DNA of 64,000 nucleotides, from contig NC_043011.1 in assembly GCF_006345805.1 (NCBI RefSeq), positions 1,674,001 to 1,738,000 on the forward strand. The letters are read 5' to 3'. The translations under genes and the position numbers were made by a program. This DNA is from Octopus sinensis. Lineage: Eukaryota. This document shows positions 52,069 through 64,000 of this stretch, one piece after another; the first letter of the stretch is position 1, and every line of letters begins with the position of its first letter. Under the pieces are notes generated by a model, which saw only the letters and a list, made by a program, of their open reading frames with translations, was not told the origin of the DNA and did not search any database.

Positions 52069-52454
52069 TAAGTACAAAGTCACCATCATATAGTGGTCCT
52101 TATATATAGCTGATCTCAAAATAGTGTTATATTGTGTTCCTTTATGTTCTTAAATTGAAAGGGGGCTGAGATTGAACTTTCATGAGACTGAACTTTCCAG
52201 GCCCTCAATGAACTCATAACCAACTTTCACTTTACTGATTGCATCTCTTTGCATGGCTCACAAAATCTCTTCTGCATTGCATGTGTGTGCACATGTGCGT
52301 GTGCGTGTGTGTGTGTGCGTATGTATGTGTCCACGTGCCCACACGTGCATATTTATTTAAGTTTACACCTGTCTGAAAACCAGTGTTGTTTGTGTTGTGC
52401 TGCTTTATGTTCCTGAACTATTCAATAAATAGTGTTAATAAAATAAATACCATA

Positions 52455-53870
52455 GGCGCAGGAGTGGCTGTGTGGTAAGTAGCTTGCCTACCAACCACAT
52501 GGTTCTGGGTTCAGTCCCATTGCGTGGCATCTTGGGCAAGTGTCTTCTGCTATAGCCTCGGGCCAACCAATGCCTTGTGAGTGGATTTGGTAGATGGAAA
52601 CTGAAAGAAGCCTGTCGTATATATGTATATATGAACTGCTTATTCCCTAAGAATTTCTGTAAACTAGAATCGCCTCTATCCCACTTTGGTCTATCATCAT
52701 CATCTTTTAACGTCCGTTTTCCATGCTAGCATGGGTTGGACGGTTCAATTGGGGTCTGGGGAGCCAGGAGGCTGCACCAGGCCCAGTCTGATCTGGCAGT
52801 GTTTCTACAGATGGATGCCCTTCCTAATGCCAACCGCTCTGTGAGTGTAGTGGGTGCTTTTTATGTGCCACCGGCACAGGTGCCAGGCGAGGCTGGTAAC
52901 GGCCATGATCAGATGGTGCTTTTTACGTGCCACCAGCACGGAGGCCAGTCGGGGTGGCACTGGCAATGGCCATGTTCGGATGGTTCTCTTAAGTGCCACC
53001 GGCACTGGTATCACAACTACAATTTCCGTTGATTTTGATCAATTTCGATTTCGATTTTATGACAACAACAATTAGAACATTCTTAGTGTTAGGTTTTGTA
53101 TGCGGTCAAGAGATAACAATGGTCATATATAAAGCTATTAGACATCATCAACACAATGTAGTCTACTCAAACCTGCTTGATTACTTGATAAAGACTTTTG
53201 CATACTTAAAAATAGTTACAAGTAACTTTTGACCATTATAATTCACATAATCAAAATGAAAGTAAAACGAGCTAAGGGAAATAACTCAAATGAGCCATTG
53301 GCATGATTTGGGATAAATAAGTTGAGGGTTGATGTATTGAATGCCATGTGTAGAAAATGTTTTCCTATTTGTAGACAACAGTTATGAAGGGAATACCAAT
53401 ACATTATGAAGTGTTTGTTTGGCTTTTACAGATGTAGAAAATAAATTAGGTTATAAAATTGCACTATGAATCATCAAATCAGCTATTAAGTTATTGAATC
53501 AAGCTGTAGTGACATATTAAAAGAAAATGTTTGATTTAAATACCAAATTTGGTATTTTGCCATTTTGTTTTCAGGTACCAGTCAGAACATTTAAGAAAAT
53601 ATAACGGCCAAAGAATCTCAAGCTATTAAAACTAAGAAAATAATAAATAATAAAAGCAATTAGGACAAAAATATGTATGTGTATGTATATGTTTGTGTGT
53701 CTGTGTTTGTCCCTCTAGCATTGCTTGACAACCTTAGCGGTTCGGCAAAAGAGACCGATAGAATAAGTACTGGGCTTACAAAAAATAAGTCCCAGGGTCG
53801 ATTTGCTCAACTAAAGGTGGCGCTTCAGCATGGCCACAGTCAAATGACTGAAACAAGTAAAAGAGTAGAG
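52455..53870 (+). mobile_element. SINE A split by a 1043-bp insertion
   Basis: 5' half 52455-52631 and 3' half 53675-~53870, separated at the internal microsatellite. Confidence 0.9.
52632..53674 (+). repeat. Direct duplicate of 58458-59500 (includes a family C copy)
   Basis: Colinear at constant offset 5826; at least 8 substitutions seen. Confidence 0.97.
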
Positions 53871-54429
53871 TATAAAGAAATAAGTTGTGAGCCAATATCA
53901 TCAAAGTGAACCCCACTGTTTAATAACCGAAATCAGTAACAGTATAAAAGTATCTACTTGAAGAATTAGTAAAATGCTTTTACAATGGCCTTCCCTTTCT
54001 ATCAATAACTTCTTACTGTGAAGAAGTATGTGAATTAATCGTTTACAGTTAGGCAGCCGTTATTACATTAGGCTAAAAGAAATCATTATTACATAATATT
54101 GACTAAAGTAATAGAGTAATATTCTTTGATTTGGAGTTCTAGTGATAGTGTCATATCTAAATTATGCTAGTAATATCAACTCTAATATTGATTTCTAACA
54201 CAAGACCACATGTTTTGAGGGAAGGACCTTAACCCCACTACTTCACTTTCACTATTACTTCCTCTTGTTTAAATCAATTGAGATTGTATGCAGTTCACAT
54301 TTTAGTTTGACTGTCGTTGTGTTTATTATTTTACCCAATCAGAGATGAGTAGTCTGTGGGCTATGCTTTGGCTATTTACCAGAACACGTGACTGTTCCAT
54401 GAGGTCTCAACTGCCTGTCTGTCCTTCTC

Positions 54430-56640
54430 TCTCTCTCTCACACACACACTCACTCACTCACTCACTCACACACTCACTCACTCACTCACTCACTCACACA
54501 CTCACTCACTCACTCACTCACACACTCACTCACTCAAACACTCACTCACTCACACACTCACTCACTCACACACTCACTCACTCACACACTCACTCACTCA
54601 CTCACCAACTCACTCACTCACTCACACACTCACTCACTCACTCACTCACTCACTCACTCACTCATTCACCAACTCACCAACTCACTCACTCACTCACACA
54701 CTCACTCACTCACTCAATCACTCACTCACTCACTTACTCACCAACTCACTCACTCATTCACTCACTCACTCACTTACTCACCAACTCACCAACTCACTCA
54801 CTCACTCAATCACTCACTCACTCACTCACTTACTCACCAACTCACAAACTCTCTCACTCACTCACTCACTCACCAACTCACTCACTCACTCACCAACTCA
54901 CTCACTCACTCACCAACTCACTCACCAACTCACTCACTTACTCACCAACTCACTCACTCACTCACCAACTCACTCACTCACACACTCACTCACTCACTCA
55001 CTCACTCACTCACTTACTCACCAACTCACAAACTCTCTCACTCACCAACTCACTCACTCACTCACTCACTCACTCACTCACTCACTCACTCAATCACTCA
55101 CTCACTCACTTACTCACCAACTCACAAACTCTCTCACTCACTCACTCACTCACTCACTCACTCACTCACCAACTCACTCACTCACTCACCAACTCACTCA
55201 CTCACGCACCAACTCACTTACTCACTCACCAACTCACTCACTCGCTCAATCGCTTACTCACTCACTCACTCACTCACTCACTCACTCACTCACTCACTCA
55301 CTCATCACTCACTCACTCACTCACTCACTCACTCACTCACTCACCCCCCACTCACTCACTCACTCACTTGCTTACTCGCTTACTCACTCACTCACCAACT
55401 CAGTCACTCACTCACTCGCTTACTCGCTTACTCACTCACTCACCAACTCACTCACTCACACACTCACTCACTCACTCAATCACTCACTCACTTACTCACC
55501 AACTCACAAACTCCCTCACTCACCAACTCACTCACTCACTCACACACTCACTCACTCACTCACTCACTCACTCACTCACTCACTCACTCACTCACTCACA
55601 CACTCACTCACTCAAACACTCACTCACTCACTCACACACTCACTCACTCACACACTCACTCACTCACACACTCACTCACTCACTCACTCACTCACTCACC
55701 AACTCACTCACTCACTCACACACTCACTCACTCACTCACTCACTCACTCACTCACTCATTCACCAACTCACCAACTCACTCACTCACTCACACACTCACT
55801 CACTCACTCAATCACTCACTCACTTACTCACCAACTCACTCACTCATTCACTCACTCACTCACTTACTCACCAACTCACCAACTCACTCACTCACTCACT
55901 CAATCACTCACTCACTCACTTACTCACCAACTCACAAACTCTCTCACTCACTCACTCACTCACTCACCAACTCACTCACTCACTCACCAACTCACTCACT
56001 CACTCACTCACTCACTCACTCACTCACTCACTCACTCACTCACTCACCAACTCACAAACTCTCTCACTCACCAACTCACTCACTCACTCACTCACTCACT
56101 CACTCACTCACTCACTCACTCACTCACTCACTCAATCACTCACTCACTCACTTACTCACCAACTCACAAACTCTCTCACTCACTCACTCACTCACTCACT
56201 CACTCATCACTCACTCACTCACCAACTCACTCACTCACTCACCAACTCACTCACTCACTCACCAACTCACTTACTCACTCACCAACTCACTCACTCGCTC
56301 AATCGCTCACTCACTCACTCACTCACTCACTCACTCACTCACTCACTCACTCACTCACTCACTCACTCACTCACTCACTCACTCACTCACTCACCCCCCC
56401 ACTCACTCACTCACTCACTTGCTTACTCGCTTACTCACTCACTCACCAACTCACTCACTCACTCACTCGCTTACTCGCTTACTCACTCACTCACCAACTC
56501 ACTCACTCACACACTCACTCACTCACTCAATCACTCACTCACTTACTCACCAACTCACAAACTCTCTCACTCACCAACTCACTCACTCACTCACTCACTC
56601 ACTCACTCACTCACTCTCTCTCTCTCTCCTCTCTCTCTCT
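54430..56640. repeat. (ACTC)n tetranucleotide array with variant units
   Basis: ACTC units interspersed with ACCA, ACTT and ACAA variants; the 776-aa THSL ORF is an artefact. Confidence 0.98.
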
Positions 56641-57829
56641 CTCCTGTTCAGCTAGCAGATAACTTAGTCTTTTAGCAATGACTGAATAACTTGTATAAGT
56701 TTAAAAACACATGTGTTATCTGTATTGTCTTTATGACTAACCATTATCTGATCACGCACATCTGACTTTAAAACACTAATTGACTTATGTATATATATTT
56801 TTGTAAACACTTTTATATAGAATTTGTTTCAGCTGGTCTTGTAAATTAAGATGTTCTATATTTATGACTGAATTCTGACACAAATTTGTATCCACAATTA
56901 CTTGCTGAGAAATTAGTTTTTCATCATTCTACCCCTGAATTTAGAAGTGGTGTGTTTTGTGTTGATTATGCAGAAAACGAATACAACAAATTATATATAA
57001 CCTATCTTTGTTGATATAGTTTATTTCTTATCTTTGACTTGTTTCAGTCATTAGGCTGTGGCCATACTGGAGCACAGCCTTTAAGAATTTTTTAGTCAAA
57101 TGAATTGACATCAGTACTTATTTTTGAAGCCTGTCATTTATTTTATCAGACTCTTTTGACAGATATATGAGTGCATCTTTTCCCTGATTTTTGGACTAAT
57201 AACTAATAACATGCTTTTTGGCAATATCTTGCCACTTATATTAGGACCTCTGTACCTTGAGGGTATGCCCTAGCACTTGCCACCTGTCTCTCTCTTCCTT
57301 TACTCTATCATCTCATCTATACTTTGATCTCTATTCCTTGTGAGTAGGCCCTGGCTCTTTGCCACCATCTCTTCCCGCTCTCACTTGCACTCTTGTGGTC
57401 TTCCACTCTCTCTCTCTGTTTCTGTCTGTCTGTCTGTCTCTCTCTCTGTCTCTCTCTCTCTCTCTCTTGCTCCTCTTCTGGTTGGGTATTCATGCATCTT
57501 CTTTACAGCAGCATACCTGTTCCTGTCCTCATTCTTTCTCTCTCTTGCTCTTCCCACTGGCTGAGTAACCATTACAACAGCACACCTCTTCCTGTCCTCA
57601 TTTTTGATCTCTCTCTCTCTCTCTCACTCTCTTTTCTCTTTCTTGCTCTTTCTCTCTCTTTCTCTCTTTCCCTCTGGCTGGATAACCATATACCTCCTCA
57701 ACAGCAAGACACCTGTTTCTGTGTCTCTGTCTCTCTGACACATGCTAACCTTTCATCATCAGACACAAGATAACCTCCACTAATGCCCTTCCACTCTCAA
57801 AGGATCTTTATCTTACAAGTTAATTGGTG

Positions 57830-58130
57830 ACTCTCCCAGTGCTGGTGCCACTTAAAAAGCATCCAGTCCATGCTGTAAAGTGGCTGGAATTTGGTAGGTT
57901 ATCCAACTGTAAAAACCATGCCAAAACTGACCTTGCTCGTGCTGATGCCATGTAAACTGCACTCAGTCCACTCTGCACGGTGGGTTGGTGCTAGGAGGAG
58001 CATCTAGCCATAAAAACCATGCTAAAACAGACACAGAAGTCTGGTCCAGTCATCTGCCTGGCCAGCTGCTGTCAAACCAGCCAACCCATGCCAGCATGGA
58101 AAGCAAACTTTAAACAATAAGGATGATGAT
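57830..58130 (+). mobile_element. Family C element, diverged
   Basis: Homology; GATGATGAT tail. Confidence 0.7.
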
Positions 58131-58457
58131 GATATATACAACAGGTTTCTTTCAGTTTCTGTCTGCCCAATCCACTTACAAGGCTTTGGTTGGTCTGAGT
58201 CTATAGCAAAAGACACTTGCCCAAGGTGCCACATGGTGGGACTCAACCTAGAATCATGTGATTGGGAAGCAAGCTTCCTACCACACAGCCATGCTATGAT
58301 TTTAATTCTTTAAGATTTTAATTCTTAAAGTTGGTTTCCAATGTTCAAAACAAGTCTACATATTTGTGATTTAGCTCATAATAAAATCGAGCCTCTTACT
58401 TCCATGATCTTGTCACACTTCAATATGTGATTCCTGGTTGACATCTGTTTTCTATGC

Positions 58458-59500
58458 TGAACTGCTTATTCCCTAAGAATTTCTGTAAACTAGAATCGCC
58501 TCTATCCCACTTTGGTCTATCATCATCATCTTTTAACGTCCGCTTTCCATGCTAGCATGGGTTGGACGGTTCAATTGGGGTCTGGGGAGCCAGGAGGCTG
58601 CACCAGGCCCAGTCTGATCTGGCAGTGTTTCTACAGATGGATGCCCTTCCTAATGCCAACCGCTCTGTGAGTGTAGTGGGTGCTTTTTATATGCCACCGG
58701 CACAGTTGCCAGGCGAGGCTGGTAACGGCCATGATCAGATGGTGCTTTTTACGTGCCACCAGCACGGAGGCCAGTCGGGGTGGCACTGGCAATGGCCATG
58801 TTCGGATGGTTCTCTTAAGTGCCACCGGTACTGGTATCACAACTACAATTTCCGTTGATTTTGATCAATTTCGATTCCGATTTTATGACAACAACAATTA
58901 GAACATTCTTAGTGTTAGGTTTTGTATGCGGTCAAGAGATAACAATGGTCATATATAAAGCTATTAGACATCATCAACACAATGTAGTCTACTCAAACCT
59001 GCTTGATTACTTGATAAAGACTTTTGCATACTTAAAAATAGTTACAAGTAACTTTTGACCATTATAATTCACATAATCAAAATGAAAGTAAAACGAGCTA
59101 AGGGAAATAACTCAAATGAGCCATTGGCATGATTTGGGATAAATAAGTTGAGGGTTGATGTATTGAATGCCATGTGTAGAAAATGTTTTCCTAGTTGTAG
59201 ACAACAGTTATGAAGGGAATACCAATACATTATGAAGTGTCTGTTTGGCTTTTACAGATGTAGAAAATAAATTAGGTTATAAAATTGCACTATGAATCAT
59301 CAAATCAGCTATTAAGTTATTGAATCAAGCTGTAGTGACATATTAAAAGAAAATGTTTGATTTAAATACCAAATTTGGTATTTTGCCATTTTGTTTTCAG
59401 GTACCAGTCAGAACATTTAAGAAAATATAACGGCCAAAGAATCTCAAGCTATTAAAACTAAGAAAATAATAAATAATAAAAGTAATTAGGACAAAAATAT
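58458..59500 (+). repeat. Probable donor copy of the 1043-bp duplication
   Basis: Flanks are unique non-SINE sequence. Confidence 0.9.
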
Positions 59501-59684
59501 TGCAGCTTTCACTCAATTTTAAGAAGGAATTTATTGGAAAATTATTTATTTTTAGAGAAATATAAAAATTTCTAATGGAATGTTTCAAAGATTAATGAGA
59601 AAAGAAATTTGTAGATAAGTAAGCAATGTTGGCCTAGAAAATGCTAGAAAGTACTAGTAATGGTAGTCCAGAGCATTTGTGTGT

Positions 59685-59938
59685 ATAAATGGTATAACAT
59701 GTATAATGTATAATGTGTATAAATGTATAATGTGTATAATGTATAATGTGTGTAAATGTATGATGCGTATAAGTGTATAATGTGTATAATGTATAATGTG
59801 TATAAATGGTATAAAATGTATAATGTATAATGTGTATAAATGTATAATGTGTATAATGTATAATGTGTATAAATGGTATAAAATGTATAATGTATAATGT
59901 GTATAATGTATAATGTGTATAAATGGTATAAAATGTAA
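59685..59938. repeat. Minisatellite of GTATAATGT/GTATAAATG-like units
   Basis: Direct reading. Confidence 0.9.
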
Positions 59939-60682
59939 CAGATCTTCAATATTTATTTTATAGAAATTTTCTGCAGTCTAAAAAGATTGTAATAGGTTTA
60001 CACCTTAAACTATAATTAACCAAAATAAAACCTGGAAATAGTTATCCTCACTTAAATGTGAATGTTCTGTTAGAACAAACTATACTGCAGTAGCTACCAT
60101 GAGAGAACCTCTCATATTGGTTTTAAGTGAAAAATGCACTCTTGCTAGTGGGGAGGTAAATCCCCAGTACATCCAGTGCTGAGATCATCAGATCATGTAA
60201 TTTTGACCTTCATTAATCTTTTCAATGATGGATGCTTGAAATATGAAAAATATTTTTGTAGCAAATTAACAGAAGTGATGGAGTGAATACTAGAAGCATT
60301 AAAGTGTGTGCTTTAAATGTTTTACATTCTGAATTCAAACCTGCCTCAAATTAACTTTGGGCAAGTAGATCTCGAGTCAAAGGCTTGCATTCATGCCCAC
60401 ACTGTTTTTTTTTTGTTTTTTTTCTATTGCAGATACTATATATGTCACACATTATATATTTTCTGAAATCTTCTTTTCCACGTGAGGTTTTCTGAATATT
60501 AAACCCTTATAAAAAAATATGATTCTGAAACATTTAGCTATTTGTCAACCTGAGCACAAGGTCAGATGTTAAAACAATGCTTTGGCATTATACAGAACTG
60601 CGAAACAAAGACCAATTAAAACTAACATGCTTAATAATATAGAGGCAAGGAAAGCATCTGGGCCATCAGGTAGTACATAGAG

Positions 60683-60805
60683 AATACCAAACAAGTTCCC
60701 TATGGATACCGTATTTATTACAACGAGTAGCTTGTAAATGTATCTAACGTTTACAAGCCACGAGTTGTAATAAATACGGTATCCATAGGGAATGAGTTTG
60801 GTATT
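60683..60805. repeat. Palindrome, ~58-bp arms
   Basis: AATACCAAAC..CCCTATGGATACCGTATTTATTACAAC / GTTGTAATAAATACGGTATCCATAGGG..GTTTGGTATT. Confidence 0.9.
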
Positions 60806-61059
60806 TTATTTATTACACACGAATAAATGACCATATTTTATTAACCCCAAAACTAAATTCTTCACGTTTAGTTGTAACTTATGAATGACAAAAGTAGTGC
60901 CGTCACCGTGACCTCGGGTCATCACCATGTATTGACCAATCAGAAGCAGCGCTGTCACTGGGACCGCGGGTCATCACCATGGATTGACCAATCAAAAGCA
61001 GCTCTCGCAGTATCTGACATATGTTGGATACCAAAAATATCTCAAAGTGTTCTCACTCA

Positions 61060-61480
61060 CATGTGTGTAATAAAAGAAGGGATAATTCCAAACGACTGAT
61101 GTAGCAGTATCATCACCATTTGCTATAAGAGTAAAGGAAAATGCTCTACGAAGAAAGAGCTGAAGCAGCATAAAATTATGGTGTGTGCCATGTTATGAAT
61201 GTAATGGAAATTGTCATAGTACAAATAATTAGGAAGAATATTAACTTAGATAAGATGCAATTTAGGTTTCTACCAAGACAGGGTGCCCTCTTGCTAATGA
61301 AACATCTAAAAGAATATTTGTGCTAAGTTTTTAGCACAAATATTTGCTGAGCTGAAGAAGGTCTTTGATAGGGTCCACATCGTAGTTTGATGGTTGCTAA
61401 GAATTTAAGGTACAGATGAAAGTTTGTACAGAGATGCAACTGACAAGATTAAAACTGAACAATGAGGTCAGTGCTTAATT
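61060..61480 (+). pseudogene. Highly decayed RTE-type RT fragment
   Basis: IKEGIIPND*CSSII; NINLDKMQFRFLP; FAELKKVFDRV. Confidence 0.7.
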
Positions 61481-62382
61481 TAACAGGCATCATCAGAGTT
61501 CAATTCTCTTATCTCTATTGTTGTGCCTCAGGGAATAAAGAAGAAGTTTAAGTCCAACTGTCTGCAATAATTTCTGTTCCAACGACATAGTTCTCAAGAT
61601 TTAAAGAAGAAACTCTAAATGTGGAAGTAAAACTTAGAAGTGGGAATCCTCTGAGTAAACCTAGCTTAGTGAAAACAAAAGTTTTAGCTACAATGAAATC
61701 ACAACTATTTTCTTATCTGGAAAGTGACCATATACTTCATATATATACAAGGAAGTAGGTAGAAATGCTACACAGTGACTCAATGTAAACCATGAATCAA
61801 CTAGAAATATGATGGAATCGTAGATAGTCTAACAGAAAAGGGAGGCTTTGTATGTACTAGATTCATTTTCCTTGCCTTCTTCCTATATTGTTTCCTTGTG
61901 CATCTTTTGATACTGGGTTTATATTTTTGCCTATCACTTCTTCCCTTTGTTGCACATTCTCCATACTATCTCTTCTCCCACTTGACCTAGACCTCACCTG
62001 CTTCCTCCAGTTTTTTTCGGACGTAATCTTGTTACAAACATTGACCTTCCCCTATCACACTTCTTTACTTCCTTCCCATGTTTACCTCACAAACTATGCA
62101 CAATTCACAACACCTCTTGCTGTCCACACCTCATATCATCTCTTAAATTTGTTCCATTCTGAATTCACTTTCTTGTGATCAACGTCATAAGACCTTGATG
62201 TACCTTCCCTCCAGGAGAAGAGCAGGTGCTCGAAAAATTAGATTCTTTTAAAACATGAAAGAAATCAACTCATTGAATTCTTCTACAAACTCTGCTCACT
62301 CCTTCTCTTTTGTGTGTGAATGTATGTATGCGTGTATATATATATATATATATATATTCATATATATATATATATATAAAAA

Positions 62383-62420
62383 CTGTCTGATGAACGGCAA
62401 CGAGAAACTCAGAGTAACAG
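62383..62420 (+). ncRNA. Minimal type I hammerhead motif (family H4) in a ~75-bp unit inside (TA)n
   Basis: CUGU-CUGAUGA-ACG GCAA CGA-GAAACUC A GAGUA/ACAG; intact core; predicted cleavage between 62416 and 62417. Confidence 0.75.
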
Positions 62421-62452
62421 ATTTTGTTGAATTTTCTGCTGCTTAAAATAAA

Positions 62453-62454
<2 letters not shown>

Positions 62455-62525
<71 letters not shown>

Positions 62526-62530
62526 TATTC

Positions 62531-62565
<35 letters not shown>

Positions 62566-62573
62566 ATTCATAT

Positions 62574-62604
<31 letters not shown>

Positions 62605-62646
62605 TCATATATATATATATATATTCATATATTATATATATATATA

Positions 62647-62688
<42 letters not shown>

Positions 62689-62772
62689 TATATATATATA
62701 TATATTATATATATATATATATATATATTCATATATATATATATGATTGATTGATTGATTGATTGATTGATT

Positions 62773-62839
<67 letters not shown>

Positions 62840-62859
62840 CATATATATATATATATATA

Positions 62860-62913
<54 letters not shown>

Positions 62914-63092
62914 TATATATATATATTCATATATATATATATATATAATATATTATATATATATATATATATATATGTTCAATATATATATATTCATATA
63001 TATATATATTCATATATATATATATTCATATATATATATATTCATATATATATATATATATATATATATTCATATATATATATATATATATA
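62455..63092. repeat. (TA)n/(TTCATA) field with a (GATT)n insert
   Basis: Direct reading. Confidence 0.98.
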
Positions 63093-63364
63093 CGCGAGAA
63101 AGAAGCAACAAGAATGGATAGGTTTTTAGTACAATCGTTTCATACAAGGACAGGCTTTATTAAAAGTTGCAAAAATTACAGCATATAAATGTGTCCCGTA
63201 CTCATCAGCTAAAATACATGTGAGTTCTCTAGACATCCTAGTGGTTGAGGCTATACTCATGAAGTAATGTAGATAATTAAGTAACATAAACAGATTTCCA
63301 AAGTTCATTAAAGTTCTTTAAAGATGATGTACAGTCTTATCACAGAATTTTAAAAAAGTTTTAA

Positions 63365-63655
63365 TAGCATCACAGAGAAGGTGACCTAATCCATAGTGCA
63401 CATATGAATTTCCAGAGATATGAGGAGGGATTACATACTCACAGACGACAAATTTATCCATTGTTAATCACAACGAGGTGGGTCTCAATTCCTGCTTATT
63501 AGCATTACAGAGAGGGTGAATTAATCCTTTGTATAGATGCACATTTCCAATGGTGTAGATGTAATTTCCAGAGAAATGAAGAGGAATTTCATATTCACAG
63601 GCGATAAATTTATCAATGGTTGAACACAATGAGGTAGGTATCAATTCTTGTTATA
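63365..63655 (-). other. Diverged tandem duplication (135 and 156 bp units), possibly a decayed coding repeat
   Basis: AATTTCCAGAGA at 63407 and 63563; indels of 6 and 15 nt between units. Confidence 0.55.
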
Positions 63656-64000
63656 TGATTAGGTATTTGCCACATTAATCACATTACTGCTATTTACAAG
63701 AGGCTGTAGCTATTTAACTTTTAAAGGCTGAAGGGCTTTCTAGAGAGGCAAAGAACAGAAAAGGGAAGGGAAGAGAGAAGAAGAGAGAAAATAAAGGAGG
63801 AGGGAGCAAAAAGGGGGGGAGGGGGACTAAAAGAGAAGAGAAAAGGAAAAAGAGAATAAGAAGAAGAAAAAGAAAAAGAGAAAAGAGAAGAAATAGGGAA
63901 AGAAGGGAAAAAAAAAGAAAAAGAAAAAAAGAGGGTTCTAGTTATACAGAAGAATTAGTAGACGGCAAGTCTGGTTTTAATTTACAGGCATCTAGGAACT

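Noticed and set aside
53565-53670. Strong-looking acceptor TTTTGTTTTCAG/GTACC (also at ~59400)
   Set aside because: All three downstream frames close quickly; no donor identified.
54345-56675. 776-aa ORF (THSL repeats)
   Set aside because: Stop-free frame of the (ACTC)n array; no coding complexity.

Overview
Eukaryotic, AT-rich, repeat-saturated DNA with no recognisable host protein-coding exon (intronic or intergenic). The SINE families and extreme (TA)n/(CA)n load look like an Octopus (coleoid cephalopod) genome; this is inference from recognised repeat families, not a database result. Main elements: a mariner end nested in a Tc1 remnant (1-830); a frameshifted Neptune-type Penelope-like element (PLE; RT + GIY-YIG, 1354-3849); a near-intact ~4 kb RTE-clade LINE (24984-28962, one nonsense codon plus a 2-bp insertion); several decayed RTE/CR1-type LINE fragments; dozens of SINE copies; and large microsatellite fields. 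Most long ORFs in the track are microsatellite artefacts. The most interesting signal is a set of type I hammerhead ribozyme (HHR) motifs from at least four sequence-unrelated families. They sit in short PLE-terminus-like units that abut (TA)n tracts and are often arranged as inverted (fold-back) pairs. The best is a 51-nt HHR present twice, identically, head-to-head (44767-44817 minus, 48805-48855 plus). Also notable are a 1043-bp templated copy that splits a SINE at its internal microsatellite and a decayed tandem repeat whose indels are all multiples of three. HHRs in PLEs are established in other animals; whether these families are undescribed cannot be determined without searches. Repeat boundaries were read by eye and are approximate unless junction sequences are quoted.
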